A stretch of DNA of 64,000 nucleotides, taken from assembly GCA_964354685.1 (NCBI GenBank), contig CAYHAM010000001.1, positions 110,958-174,957 on the forward strand, read 5' to 3'. Positions 1 through 10,513 of this stretch are shown here, piece after piece. Below the pieces are notes generated by a model. It was not told where the DNA came from. It saw only the letters and a list, made by a program, of their open reading frames with translations, and did not search any database. Within the stretch, counting starts at the first letter, position 1. The number at the start of each line of letters is the position of its first letter. This stretch comes from an uncultured Methanosarcinales archaeon. Lineage in GTDB: Archaea; Nanobdellota; Nanobdellia; Woesearchaeales; JAGVZT01. The position numbers and the translations under genes are program-made.

Positions 1-1
1 A

Positions 2-1153
2 AGCATAAAGGCCTTTGAAAGAGCCGTTGATATTTGCATTAAAGAAGGAGTAGATTTTGTTCTAATCGCAGGTGACCTATTTAACACCTCTTTACCAGGC
101 ATTGATAGCTTAAAAGCAGCTGTAAAAAAGCTAAGAGAGCTAAAAGAAAAGGATATTACAGTTTATGTAATCCCAGGAAGTCATGACTTTTCACCCAGTG
201 GAAAGACAATGCTAGAGGTTTTAGAAGAAGCCGGCCTGGTAATTAATGTTTCAAAAGGAGACTTTAGCAATGAAAAAGTAGTTCTAAAATTTACAACTGA
301 CAAAAAAACAGGAGCAAGAATAACAGGAATGGTTGGAAGAAAAGGAGGGCTTGAAAAAGTTTATTACAAAGGCTTAGACAAAACAGACTTAGAAAAACAA
401 AAAGGTTTTAAGATATTCATGTTCCACACAGCTTTAGAAGAATTCAAGCCAAAAGGGCTTGAGAAAATAGAAGCTTCTCCTTTATCATTGTTACCAAAAG
501 GCTTTGATTATTACGCAGGTGGCCATGTTCATTATGTTTTCAACAAACAGGAAAAAGATTATGGAACAATAGCTTACCCAGGCCCATTGTTCCCAGACAA
601 CTTCAAAGAGCTAGAAGAGCTAGAAAACGGCGGCTTTTACATTGTTAATGTCAACAAGAAGATTGAGCCAAGCTACCAACCAATTGTTGTTTACAATGTT
701 TTTTCTGTTAGGATGGATTGCAACAACAAAACACCAGAGGAAGTCCACTCAGAACTAATTGAAGAATTCCAAAACAAAGAGTTTGTTAACACCATTGTAA
801 CAATAAGACTATTTGGAATACTAAAAACAGGTAAAACACCAGACATCAACTTTAAGGATATCATGAAATTGTTACAAACAAAAGGTGCTGTTTTTGTAAT
901 GAAAAACACCCACAAACTAAGCTCAAAGGAGTTTAAAGAAGTGAAAATAAAAAAAGCAAGTGTTGAAGAAATAGAAGAAGAGCTGATAAAAGAGCACACA
1001 GATCAAATAAATGTTGAAGACTGGGACCAAAAAAAACAAACCCAATTAATAAAGACCTTAATGAAGATACTAGACACTGAAAAAGGAGAAGATGAAAAGG
1101 TTGCTGATTTTGAAAAAAGAATAGATGAAGAGGCAAAAAATATCTTAGACTGA
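2..1153 (+). CDS. mre11: DNA double-strand break repair nuclease Mre11 (5' end outside window)
   Basis: Frame is open from position 2 (SIKAFERAVDICIKEGVDFVLIAGDLFN...VIPGSHD). Metallophosphoesterase motifs GDLF, GSHD, MFH, YYAGGHVH and YPG are present. Confidence 0.85.
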   Translation, partial: SIKAFERAVDICIKEGVDFVLIAGDLFNTSLPGIDSLKAAVKKLRELKEKDITVYVIPGSHDFSPSGKTMLEVLEEAGLVINVSKGDFSNEKVVLKFTTDKKTGARITGMVGRKGGLEKVYYKGLDKTDLEKQKGFKIFMFHTALEEFKPKGLEKIEASPLSLLPKGFDYYAGGHVHYVFNKQEKDYGTIAYPGPLFPDNFKELEELENGGFYIVNVNKKIEPSYQPIVVYNVFSVRMDCNNKTPEEVHSELIEEFQNKEFVNTIVTIRLFGILKTGKTPDINFKDIMKLLQTKGAVFVMKNTHKLSSKEFKEVKIKKASVEEIEEELIKEHTDQINVEDWDQKKQTQLIKTLMKILDTEKGEDEKVADFEKRIDEEAKNILD

Positions 1154-2386
1154 ACGCCTTCTTATGGCATTTCTAAACCTAGTATTATTCACAATCCTGT
1201 TCAAAAGCTTGTCAGCCCTTATCAAACCAGAGCCAAAAACCCAGTTATTGTCATAGTTGCCACCATAATCAAGGTGCTGTACTGTATCATCCATTAACAA
1301 TTCTAAATTCTGCGGATCTTGCTTGAACATCGCCAAAGCAAGAGCAATTGTCCCTGTAACATGAGGTGTGGCCATTGATGTTCCATCAAGGATTTGATAA
1401 CCACCCCCTGGATAACAAGACATTATACTAACACCTGGAGCAGAAAAATCATTTGTTTTCCAGATATTACTGAAATCAGCATGCTCATTGCTCTTATCAA
1501 CAGCAGCAACCGCAATAACATACTCATCAAAAGCAGCTGGGTAGCTTGGGCCATAACTCTCATTGCCAGCAGCAGCCACCAATAACAAACCATGTTGATA
1601 TGCGATTCTGCAAATCTCCTCAAAAGCCCTAGAAGAATCCCTTGAACCAAGACTCATATTGGCAACATCAATATTGTTCTTTATACACCATTCTATACCA
1701 GCAATAATATCACTATCAAAACCAGCTCCATCCTCATCAAGCACCCTAACTGCATACAACCTTGATTTTAGACTAACACCATACTCTTTGCTGCAAGCAG
1801 TTCCAGTTACATGGGTGCCATGCCCTTCCTCATCCATTGGATTAGTGTCGTCATCAACAAAATCATACCCTTTTTGCTCTCCAAAATTGGCTCTTAGCTG
1901 TGGATGGTTGTAATCAGAGCCAGTATCAATAATCCCTATCTTAACACCCTCTCCTGTTGATATTTCCTGGGCATCATATGCCCCAATATTCCTAAGATTC
2001 CACAAGCTTCGCACTTTTAAATCAAGGTAAACATCCGGCTCTCCTAGCTTAGGGCTTGGAACAACAGAAAACTCTGAAGAAACATCTATAGATTTTATCT
2101 CTTGTAAAAGTTTAGAATAAGTTAATCTGAAATCCCTGGAAACACACCCTTCATGAACATAATTAGCCAACTGCTCTGCAACATCAGCATCGCAGCTTAA
2201 GGCTATAAAAGGTATTAACTCATAAACCTTTTTTACCTTGCCAATCATCAAAAGCTCTTTGGCAACCTCTTGCTGCTTTCCCTCTTCTGTTTCTATCAAA
2301 AGCTCTAATTGCTTTCTATGCCTCTTACTTTGCTCAATTTCTGAGAAAAGATGTTCTCTTCTGCGTACAGCCCTCAAAACATTCAT
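1145..2386 (-). CDS. Subtilisin-family (S8) serine protease, no obvious signal peptide
   Basis: Catalytic triad motifs IIDTG, HGTHVTG, GTSMATPHV; oxyanion AAAGN; N-terminal propeptide-like region. Confidence 0.92.
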   Translation of the reverse strand: MNVLRAVRRREHLFSEIEQSKRHRKQLELLIETEEGKQQEVAKELLMIGKVKKVYELIPFIALSCDADVAEQLANYVHEGCVSRDFRLTYSKLLQEIKSIDVSSEFSVVPSPKLGEPDVYLDLKVRSLWNLRNIGAYDAQEISTGEGVKIGIIDTGSDYNHPQLRANFGEQKGYDFVDDDTNPMDEEGHGTHVTGTACSKEYGVSLKSRLYAVRVLDEDGAGFDSDIIAGIEWCIKNNIDVANMSLGSRDSSRAFEEICRIAYQHGLLLVAAAGNESYGPSYPAAFDEYVIAVAAVDKSNEHADFSNIWKTNDFSAPGVSIMSCYPGGGYQILDGTSMATPHVTGTIALALAMFKQDPQNLELLMDDTVQHLDYGGNYDNNWVFGSGLIRADKLLNRIVNNTRFRNAIRRRSV

Positions 2387-2584
2387 AAAATATTATAAAA
2401 AACACCTCTTGATATGAACTACCCAAACTTTTCCGTAGGTTTTACAACAAAACCAAAAGATTAAGGATACTTTTTAAAAAAACAAGTTTTTCTTTATATA
2501 GGCGTTGAAAACCATTCGCTAGTTAACATAAAACTATTTAAGTAACCCTTTTTTCCAAAATTAAAAGTGGTTGGATAGATATCA

Positions 2585-2890
2585 ATGATTTTTGTTTATA
2601 TAACTTGCAGCAACAGGCTAGAAGCACAAAATATTTCTAAGGCTTTACTAAATAAAAAGCTTGTTGCATGTACAAATCTTTTTCCTATTGATTCCATGTA
2701 CACCTGGAAAGGCAAGCTAACAAAGAACAAGGAGTATGTTCTTATTGCAAAAACATTGCAAAAAAACTTCAACAAAATAAAAAAAGAAGTAAAAGGGCTT
2801 CATAGCTATGATGTTCCTTGTATTCTCTCTTGGAATATAGACAGAGGCAACAAAGCTTACATAGAATGGGTTAAAAAGCAATGCAGATGA
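2585..2890 (+). CDS. cutA: Divalent-cation tolerance protein CutA
   Basis: LVACTN, SMYTWKG and HSYDVPCI motifs; 101 aa. Confidence 0.92.
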   Translation: MIFVYITCSNRLEAQNISKALLNKKLVACTNLFPIDSMYTWKGKLTKNKEYVLIAKTLQKNFNKIKKEVKGLHSYDVPCILSWNIDRGNKAYIEWVKKQCR

Positions 2891-2897
2891 TGTTTTA

Positions 2898-3107
2898 ATG
2901 ACTTCGCACCATTTAATTAAAAATACAGTTGAATGTATATACTGTGGCAAGAATGATTTAAAAAAAGAATGGTTCTCTGAATGGAACTCAGAACACCACT
3001 ATAAATGCTTCCTCTGCCCACATTGTGGAAAACACAACCACATTAGAGTAAATTTTCACGGCTCTGGTCATGATGATGCTTCTGATTTGGAAAAGAGAAT
3101 AGTTTGA
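2898..3107 (+). CDS. Small zinc-finger protein
   Basis: CIYCG...CPHCGKH...HGSGHD; 69 aa, directly after cutA. Confidence 0.65.
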   Translation: MTSHHLIKNTVECIYCGKNDLKKEWFSEWNSEHHYKCFLCPHCGKHNHIRVNFHGSGHDDASDLEKRIV

Positions 3108-3168
3108 GTTAAGAAAAGCTTAAATACACTCTTCTTTTACAAAAACAATTAATAGTTAAAAATAAAAA

Positions 3169-3519
3169 CTATCTTTTTTTCTTGTGACTTGTCTTTTTTC
3201 TCTTTCTTGTCTTTCTTTCTGTTGTTTTCCTTAACTCTTTTTCTATTCTTTCTATCCTCTTTGCCATTACCTTTGCTTCAGTCTTTGAAACAAGCTTGAG
3301 TCTCTTAATAGCTTCTTTTGTCTCCTTCTCTATTACTGGCTGTAGTCTCTTCCTCTGCACCTCTGCGTCCTTCATCATCTTTTTCACTAGAGTTTTTGCC
3401 TCTTTACTTGAGATATCGCCTTTCTTTACAAGCTCTGCTGCAAATTTTTCAGCACCATCTTTTGTTAAGGCTAATGTTCCAAGACCAAGCAAAAAAGCTC
3501 TCCTTATAATTTTCCTCAT
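3169..3519 (-). CDS. Phasin-like (PhaF/PhaI-type) amphipathic helical protein
   Basis: RRAFLLGLGTLALTKDGAEKFAAELVKKGDISSKEAK signature and basic tail; abuts the UbiB kinase gene. Confidence 0.7.
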   Translation of the reverse strand: MRKIIRRAFLLGLGTLALTKDGAEKFAAELVKKGDISSKEAKTLVKKMMKDAEVQRKRLQPVIEKETKEAIKRLKLVSKTEAKVMAKRIERIEKELRKTTERKTRKRKKTSHKKKR

Positions 3520-5196
3520 CTACCCACCTCCTATTCTTTTTTGTCTGAAAAAAGACCCCAACAAAACTAATAAAACAAAAACTGCAATAGCAAAGTAACC
3601 AAAAGAGTACTTTGGAATACTTAATATCTTCTCATCACCATATTGCATTAGCATTGCACCCCCTATTACCAAGCCAACAAACACAATACCAAAAACAAAG
3701 CGATAGCTAAACCTGTTCATCTCAGATGTTAAACTCTTTATATCATAATCCATCTGCCTAGTAACTTTGTCAGAATCTTTCTCATGTATAAGAAAAGCCT
3801 CCATCTGATCAGGCAAACTTGTAAAAAATCTATCTAGCTTGCTCGAGTATTTGAGTGTTTTTTTAATTAGATACGCTGGGCTGCTCCTAATATAAATCAA
3901 CTTCTTAACCATTGGTTGTGATATCTCTGCAAAATTAACATCAGGGTCAAGCAAGGCACAAGTGCTCTCTACAGTCATCATACCCTTTCCCAGAAGGATG
4001 AAATTAACAGGTAGCTTTATGTTGTACTTTTTGGCAATTGTAATAATCTCGCTAAAAGCCTTGGATATGTTAATATATTTTGCAGCCATGTCCTTATAAT
4101 CATCAAACAGCTCTTCAAGCTCATTTTTTAAAGATGGCATGTCTATTTGCTGGTCAATAAACCCTAAATCAACAAGAGAATCTGCTGCTTTGTTAACATC
4201 ACCCTCTATCATGGCCAATAACATTTCAGACACTTGATCTTTCAACTGCTCATCTAAATGACCATTTATACCAAAGTCAAGTAAGGCTATGCTGTTGTTT
4301 TTCAAAACAAGGATATTACCAGGATGAGGATCTGCATGGAAAAAGCCATGAATAAAAACCTGCTTCATTAGTGAATCTGCCAAATTTTTTGCTATCTTCT
4401 TCTTGTTGTAGCCAAGCCTATCAAGCTTTTTTATATCAGAGACCTTTATCCCATCAATGAACTCCATTGTAAGCACATTGTTGGTTGTGTAATCCCAGTA
4501 AACCTTTGGGATTTTGGTGATTTTGTCATCCTTGAAATTACTGTAGAACTTCTCAATTACCTTTCCCTCCCTAACATAATCCAACTCTTTTATAGTATAC
4601 TTCTGGAACTCTTTCACAATCTCAATAGGATCAACTATGCTTTGTTGATAGTGTTGTTTTATTAATTTGGCAAGGTAAGATAAGAGATGAATATCCGTGT
4701 AGATAAGCTTGTTTATGTTAGGTCTTTTCACCTTTACCGCAACCCTCTCTCCACTCTTTAACCAAGCCTCATAAACCTGGCCAATGCTTGCTGATGCTAT
4801 TGGATTCTGGTTGAACCTCTTGAACAGCTTTCCTATTGGCCTTCCAAGTTCACTTTCTATTATTCTCTTTGCCTGGTTGAATGGAAATGGCTTAACATCG
4901 TCTTGCAATTTTGAGAATTCCTCTGAGTACTCCTTTGTCACAAGGTCTGGTCTTAGGCTTATCAATTGCCCAAGTTTTATAAACGTGCCACCTAGCTCTT
5001 CAAACGCAAGCCTCAAGCGCTGTGGATTGCCTGCAACCCTTTTGAACCCATGTTTTTGAGCCTTTTTATGAAATAGAAGCACTGACTCAAGCCTTATATT
5101 TTTTATCAGATAACCAAACTCATACTTTAACAAAACATTCAGAATCTGCTTCAACCTATTAAAATCAGTTACCTCCTTTTTTATTGTTAGTAGCAT
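3520..5196 (-). CDS. AarF/UbiB/ABC1 family atypical kinase with C-terminal TM helices
   Basis: ELGGTFIKLGQ, IASASIGQVY, VAVKVKRP, FHADPHPGN and LLDFG motifs. Start placed at ATG 5196. Confidence 0.92.
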   Translation of the reverse strand: MLLTIKKEVTDFNRLKQILNVLLKYEFGYLIKNIRLESVLLFHKKAQKHGFKRVAGNPQRLRLAFEELGGTFIKLGQLISLRPDLVTKEYSEEFSKLQDDVKPFPFNQAKRIIESELGRPIGKLFKRFNQNPIASASIGQVYEAWLKSGERVAVKVKRPNINKLIYTDIHLLSYLAKLIKQHYQQSIVDPIEIVKEFQKYTIKELDYVREGKVIEKFYSNFKDDKITKIPKVYWDYTTNNVLTMEFIDGIKVSDIKKLDRLGYNKKKIAKNLADSLMKQVFIHGFFHADPHPGNILVLKNNSIALLDFGINGHLDEQLKDQVSEMLLAMIEGDVNKAADSLVDLGFIDQQIDMPSLKNELEELFDDYKDMAAKYINISKAFSEIITIAKKYNIKLPVNFILLGKGMMTVESTCALLDPDVNFAEISQPMVKKLIYIRSSPAYLIKKTLKYSSKLDRFFTSLPDQMEAFLIHEKDSDKVTRQMDYDIKSLTSEMNRFSYRFVFGIVFVGLVIGGAMLMQYGDEKILSIPKYSFGYFAIAVFVLLVLLGSFFRQKRIGGG

Positions 5197-5360
5197 TATA
5201 TATCCCACAATAAATTGCAATATATAAATTTATTGAAAAATCTAGATTTTAAAAAGAAAAAATAAACTGACAGATAATTGTCAAGTTTGCTTAACCATTA
5301 CTTTAATCCAATTAAAAGTTATGAGAATATTTAAATAATACCCCAAATCCCTAATAAAAT

Positions 5361-6086
5361 ATGAGAAATTGTACTTTAGTTATATGCCTCTTATGGATAA
5401 TCTTTATGGGGGGCTGTGTTAAAACATCAACCCAAACAGAAATCCCTCCTTTACCGAAGGCATGCAAAATTGAAGAAACAGGTTGTGCGTTCTTTCAAGT
5501 AGAAGGCATTGCAAAAAACCTGCAAGAAATAAACAACACATTAGTTTTCGATTTTAAGGTTACAAAACACCCTACCCACCCAAAAGAGGAGGGTAAAACC
5601 TTTAGAGTCGCCTGTGAAAAACCAAATTACAAAATAAATGAAAATGAAGAAATCACAATTCAATCTTTTGTAGGGTTATATAATAACAAAATAACAGGGG
5701 TAATATGTCCTACTATCCAATCTATAAATGTAAAACAATCAGCTGGTTCAGCAATGCTCATAGCAGAATGTGTAGATAAAGATTACATCTTAAGAACAGC
5801 AGACTATGTTGTTGAGGGTATCGTAGATAGAACTGACACAAGATGGAATGACGAGAACACGAATATTGTTACATATGTAACACTCTCTGTTGAAAAATAT
5901 GTTAAAGGCTCTGCACTCTGGAGTGAATTACACATACAAGCACCAGGGGGTTGTGTGGAGGACATTTGTGAAGCTGTTGAAGACCAGCCAATATTCCAGC
6001 AAGGCAAAAGAGTCAGGATATATTTCCATAAAACAGAAAACGAATTCTGGATAGTTTGTGCGCAAAATGGTGTTGAGGAAATATAA
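5361..6086 (+). CDS. Putative lipoprotein, unknown function
   Basis: Hydrophobic N-terminus ending in a lipobox-like FMGGC; several Cys pairs. Confidence 0.6.
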   Translation: MRNCTLVICLLWIIFMGGCVKTSTQTEIPPLPKACKIEETGCAFFQVEGIAKNLQEINNTLVFDFKVTKHPTHPKEEGKTFRVACEKPNYKINENEEITIQSFVGLYNNKITGVICPTIQSINVKQSAGSAMLIAECVDKDYILRTADYVVEGIVDRTDTRWNDENTNIVTYVTLSVEKYVKGSALWSELHIQAPGGCVEDICEAVEDQPIFQQGKRVRIYFHKTENEFWIVCAQNGVEEI

Positions 6087-6200
6087 CTCTTAACCCTTAT
6101 TAAACATTTTTCCATAACTTCAACCAAAATCAAAGCTTACTCTAGGATATAAATAAAAGCATACATTTTCTATTTGTATTAATATCTGGAGGTCATTAAG

Positions 6201-7490
6201 ATGAGAAGTGCTATATTCCCGATTTTGCTCTTGATAACCTTGTTCTTAGTCCCAACTATACTTGCATCAGAAGCAATGCCAAGTTATTATCAAGGAGATG
6301 GCTTTGGACAAAACCATTATTATGCTGTAAGCTTTGATGAAGAAGGAGAAGCAGCTGTTGCTGCTAAGCTAACAATACAAAACACAAAAAAACAAGAAAT
6401 AACAGATGTGGTTATAGAAATCCCAGGAGAGAGTGTTAGAATAATAAATGCAATCCAAGAGGCAAGGCAATCTGAAAAAAAATGCAGTAATTGGGATGAT
6501 ATCTGCATATGGTACAATGATAACATATGTGAGAAATATGCAAAAAAATGCTATGAGTGGTATTATGATTATTATTCTTATCCAACTTATCATACAATTG
6601 ATTATGATTATGAAATCTTGTCAAAATCTGTAAAGTACACATTCCATTTGCCAGTGAATGTTTCTGAACAACAAACAACAACCATTCTCCTTTACTACAA
6701 AGCAATTGGCTATGTTGACGAAAGCCTTGGTGTGTACAACTTTGACTTTGAAACAGCAAAGCTCAACTATGACACAAACACAGTTAGAGTTTCAATTACA
6801 GTTCAAGATGACCTATACTTTAAGGGAGGAAAAACAAATATAGATTTCAAACCAAACTTTGGAGTTATGTCAAAGACACTGGCAGCAGAAGGTGCAAGGA
6901 GTGATGAGCTGCAAAGCTTTTCAGATTACATAACTTACTCAGAAGGATATGTGAAAGAGGCATATGGTTTGGATCCTTGGGAAAGCTTCCATGTTAAGGG
7001 AAAATACGCAAGATCATGGTTTGCCTTGTACAAAGTCTGGATAATCATTGGTTTGCTAGCACTAGCAACAATCGTGTGGGGAACAAACATATTCTTAATA
7101 GGCAAAATAAAAAAGATGAAGAAACCGGGGATTAACAAATCCATGAAACCAATAATTGTTGGTTTTTTTAATTCTTTGATCTTGATTGGATTTTGGTTTT
7201 TGTTAAATGTTTTTATTGAATGGTTTAATGTAATTATTTACTACCAATATCAAGGATTCCTATTCCCCTTAATAATACTCTTGGCTTCGATTATAATTTT
7301 GGTTTTAACCTTTGGTATTCCTATATATATGGGGATTAAGTACGGATTGTCTTCAGGGATTATAACATTCCTCTCCCAAATATTCTGGATGTTTGTTTTC
7401 TTAATTGTAATAGCAATCTTCTTGGCAATCTTTGGCTCCCCTACACCAATTGTTTATGGAGTTAGGACACTAGCAGAATCAGTTGCCTAA
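6201..7490 (+). CDS. Membrane protein with extracellular N-terminal domain and ~4 C-terminal TM helices
   Basis: Signal peptide, GGAGGT RBS at ~6188, hydrophobic C-terminal third. Confidence 0.7.
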   Translation: MRSAIFPILLLITLFLVPTILASEAMPSYYQGDGFGQNHYYAVSFDEEGEAAVAAKLTIQNTKKQEITDVVIEIPGESVRIINAIQEARQSEKKCSNWDDICIWYNDNICEKYAKKCYEWYYDYYSYPTYHTIDYDYEILSKSVKYTFHLPVNVSEQQTTTILLYYKAIGYVDESLGVYNFDFETAKLNYDTNTVRVSITVQDDLYFKGGKTNIDFKPNFGVMSKTLAAEGARSDELQSFSDYITYSEGYVKEAYGLDPWESFHVKGKYARSWFALYKVWIIIGLLALATIVWGTNIFLIGKIKKMKKPGINKSMKPIIVGFFNSLILIGFWFLLNVFIEWFNVIIYYQYQGFLFPLIILLASIIILVLTFGIPIYMGIKYGLSSGIITFLSQIFWMFVFLIVIAIFLAIFGSPTPIVYGVRTLAESVA

Positions 7491-7497
7491 CTCTATT

Positions 7498-8961
7498 CTA
7501 TTTTTTATCCTCTGGCCTCATAAAAGGAAAGAATATAACATCCCTTATAGAACTAGAGTTTGTTAATATTATTGTTAGTCTATCAATACCAATACCCAAA
7601 CCAGAGGTTGGAGGCATGCCATACTCCAATGCCCTTAAAAAGTCATGATCCATTCTCTGGGCTTCAACATCCCCCTCTTTAAAATGAGCCTCAGCCATTT
7701 TCCAAAACCCTTTTAGCACCTCAGGATCATTCTGCTCGCAATATGACAAGCCAATCTCCCATCCATTTATGATTGGTTCAAAGCTCTCAACAAGCCTTTG
7801 ATCTGGTTTGTGGATCTTTGCAAGTATTGCAGCCTCTTTTGGATAATTGTAAACAATTGTTGGCTGTATAAGCTTTGCTTGAACAGCTTGTTCAAAAACA
7901 TTGACCATCACTTCACCAAAACTTTGGCAATTACTCACATCAACCCCTATGGCTTGAGCAGACTTTTTAGCCTCTTCAAATCCTGTTATCTTATTAAAAT
8001 CAATCTTTGTCTTTTCTTTTATCACATCTATAAACTGGATCTTTTTCCAAGGAGTTTTAAGATCTATTTTGTTTTCTCCTAGTTCTATTTTAGTGGTGCC
8101 AAGAACCTTCTTTGCAACAAACTCAATAAGCTCCTCACAAAACTTCATATTATCCTTATAATCAGCATAAGCCCACATTGTTTCAACCTGTTCAAACTCT
8201 GGGTTGTGGAGCTTATCAACACCCTCATTCCTAAAGTCTTTTGAGAACTCAAATATTTTCTCATAGCCACCAGCAATCAGCCTTTTTAGATAGAGTTCGT
8301 TTGATATCCTCATGTAAACACTCATGTTTAAAGCATTCAGATGCGACTTAAAAGGCCTTGCAGAAGCACCGCCATAAATAGGCTGCAGAATAGGTGTATC
8401 AACCTCAACAAAACTATGACTTTTCATAAACTCTCTTATTGCCTGCTTTATCTTTGTCCTTTTTTCAAAAACCTCCTTCACATTAGGGTTCATAATCAAA
8501 TCAACATACCTCTGTCTATAACGAAGCTCTTGATCCTTTAAGCCATGCCACTTCTCTGGCAAAGGTACCAAAGACTTTGTTAACAACTCAAAGCTCTTAA
8601 CATTAACACTAATCTCACCTCTCTTTGTTTTGAAAACCTCTCCTTTACAACCAATTATATCCCCTATGTCAAGCAGCTTTAATATTTTATAAACATCCTT
8701 CCCAACACCATCCTCACCAAAATATAGCTGTATTTGGGAGGTCGAATCCTGAATATGCATAAATGTTGCCTTGCCCATTCCTCGCATAGACATTATTCTT
8801 CCAGCAACACTTACACTTTTGTCTTTAAATTTGCTAAAACTTTTCAAGATATCAATCGCATTATTTTTCTTATCATATTTATAGGCATATGGCTCAACAC
8901 CTAACTTTTTCAGCTCCTCAAGCTTTCTTTTTCTTTCTTTTATTAATTGATTTTCATCCAT
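7498..8961 (-). CDS. lysS: Lysyl-tRNA synthetase, class II
   Basis: OB-fold VAGRIMSMRGMGK; RYRQRYVDL; YGGASARPF; motif 2 FRNEGVDKLHNPEF; motif 3 GMPPTSGLGIGIDRL. Confidence 0.97.
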   Translation of the reverse strand: MDENQLIKERKRKLEELKKLGVEPYAYKYDKKNNAIDILKSFSKFKDKSVSVAGRIMSMRGMGKATFMHIQDSTSQIQLYFGEDGVGKDVYKILKLLDIGDIIGCKGEVFKTKRGEISVNVKSFELLTKSLVPLPEKWHGLKDQELRYRQRYVDLIMNPNVKEVFEKRTKIKQAIREFMKSHSFVEVDTPILQPIYGGASARPFKSHLNALNMSVYMRISNELYLKRLIAGGYEKIFEFSKDFRNEGVDKLHNPEFEQVETMWAYADYKDNMKFCEELIEFVAKKVLGTTKIELGENKIDLKTPWKKIQFIDVIKEKTKIDFNKITGFEEAKKSAQAIGVDVSNCQSFGEVMVNVFEQAVQAKLIQPTIVYNYPKEAAILAKIHKPDQRLVESFEPIINGWEIGLSYCEQNDPEVLKGFWKMAEAHFKEGDVEAQRMDHDFLRALEYGMPPTSGLGIGIDRLTIILTNSSSIRDVIFFPFMRPEDKK

Positions 8962-9005
8962 TGTTTTGTATCAATCCTTTGTGATTATATAAATCTTTTG
9001 AGAAT

Positions 9006-9311
9006 CTAAGAATCAGTTTTAATCTTTTTTTCTTTTATTTTTTCAACAACTTTCTTAAAAACCTCAACCTGTTTCTCAGTCAATCTTCCATATTTTAGAT
9101 AGTTTATCTTTATATTTCTTAGAAAAGAATTCTCTTTATAGTACTCTTCTGGTATGTCAAGGAGCTTCTTCATCTTCGGATCCTTAATCTCTCCTTCCAG
9201 CTCTTTCTTCTGGCACTCATAACACACAGGATAAGTATCCTTCCACGTAGCAGTCACATAATTCTTGTTGCATCTGCTACATTTCTTTTTGAATTTTATA
9301 GCCATTATCAA
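9006..9311 (-). CDS. Small zinc-binding hypothetical protein
   Basis: CSRC...CYEC; 99-101 aa. Confidence 0.65.
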   Translation of the reverse strand: MIMAIKFKKKCSRCNKNYVTATWKDTYPVCYECQKKELEGEIKDPKMKKLLDIPEEYYKENSFLRNIKINYLKYGRLTEKQVEVFKKVVEKIKEKKIKTDS

Positions 9312-9326
9312 AACACCAAAAATTCT

Positions 9327-9758
9327 TCACCCCAAAGCAATAAGTATTGCACCAACAGCAACAAGCGCTATTCCCACACCAGCCTTTAGACTTATCTTCT
9401 CACCAAGAATCAAAGCTGCTAAAACAATTGCAAAAACAATACTCAAGCGATCTATTGGAACAACATTAGATACCTTACCAAGCTTCAAAGCAATGAAATA
9501 AAACAACCATGACAATGCTCCCGCAACTCCGCTCAAAACTATGTAAAACATAGCCCTTTTATCAGACAATATCGAAGGCATCTGGCTTAGCTTGCCCTCA
9601 ACAACTATAACCGCAATTAAAAAAAGAGCCATAACAATAGCCCTTATTGCAGTGGCTGTGTTTGTATCAATGTTCTGCAAACCAATCTTTGCAAATATTG
9701 CCACTAATGCTGCAAACAATGCAGAGAACAATGCAAATATAAGCCACAAATATTCCAT
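9327..9758 (-). CDS. EamA/DMT family small transporter
   Basis: FAALVAIFAKIG, GALSWLFYFIALKLG, VVPIDRLS, LGEKIS; ~5 TM. Confidence 0.9.
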   Translation of the reverse strand: MEYLWLIFALFSALFAALVAIFAKIGLQNIDTNTATAIRAIVMALFLIAVIVVEGKLSQMPSILSDKRAMFYIVLSGVAGALSWLFYFIALKLGKVSNVVPIDRLSIVFAIVLAALILGEKISLKAGVGIALVAVGAILIALG

Positions 9759-9918
9759 AACACCAATTTATTTTGTTTAATTTATAAATATATCTGTGTT
9801 CTCTCCAACTATAATATTTCATTCTAAAGTGGTGGTGAACATATTGTATTTAAAAGTAATAAAAAGCAAAACTTTAATATATGAGTAGTTTATAGCTTGA
9901 GGTAAGAGGGGATGTTAA

Positions 9919-10509
9919 TTGGAAAAAAAGGTTTTGATAGCATTTGGTTTGATTCTATTCCTCATTACATTGTATAGCACCATTGCTCAAGAGGAGAACA
10001 AAACAATTCTTGTCCCTTTAGGAGAGCTAGCTAATGAAACTAAAGAAGGGCTTCCAGGAGAATCAGAAGAGGTGGTAGAAGAAATCCCTGGAGAAGTTAA
10101 GGAGATAGTTGAAGAGGGGCAGGAATCTGAAGAAGAACTCGTAATAACACCTCCTCAACCAGGGATTTTTACAAAGATTGTTAATTTTGGAATATCAGCT
10201 TTTTATAAAGTGAAGTATATTGGTTGGTGGTTTTTAACAAGAGATTACATATCATTTGCTAAGAACATATTAAGGTTCGTACTTGGGTTAAGGCTTTGGA
10301 TGAAAATTATATTGATAATTATTGCAATAATCATAATGCTAATAATCTGGGCATATTTTTTTAGAAACACCAGAAATAACAATCTAAGAAGAGCAAGGAC
10401 TCATCACAGAAAAGGAGAAGCAGCCCATGCAATTGGTGATGAAGAAGCAGCTGAGTACAATTATACAAAGGCTGCTGAATATAGAGAGAAGGCTCAAAAT
10501 CAATGGTGA
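9919..10509 (+). CDS. Hypothetical membrane protein
   Basis: TTG start, signal-like N-terminus, acidic linker, TM segment, helical C-terminus; first gene of a three-gene unit. Confidence 0.6.
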   Translation: MEKKVLIAFGLILFLITLYSTIAQEENKTILVPLGELANETKEGLPGESEEVVEEIPGEVKEIVEEGQESEEELVITPPQPGIFTKIVNFGISAFYKVKYIGWWFLTRDYISFAKNILRFVLGLRLWMKIILIIIAIIIMLIIWAYFFRNTRNNNLRRARTHHRKGEAAHAIGDEEAAEYNYTKAAEYREKAQNQW

Positions 10510-10513
10510 TAAA

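Noticed and set aside
5263-5288. Imperfect inverted repeat AAACTGACA-GATAAT-TGTCAAGTTT between divergent genes
   Set aside because: Single occurrence in AT-rich DNA with no associated regulator; too weak to call.
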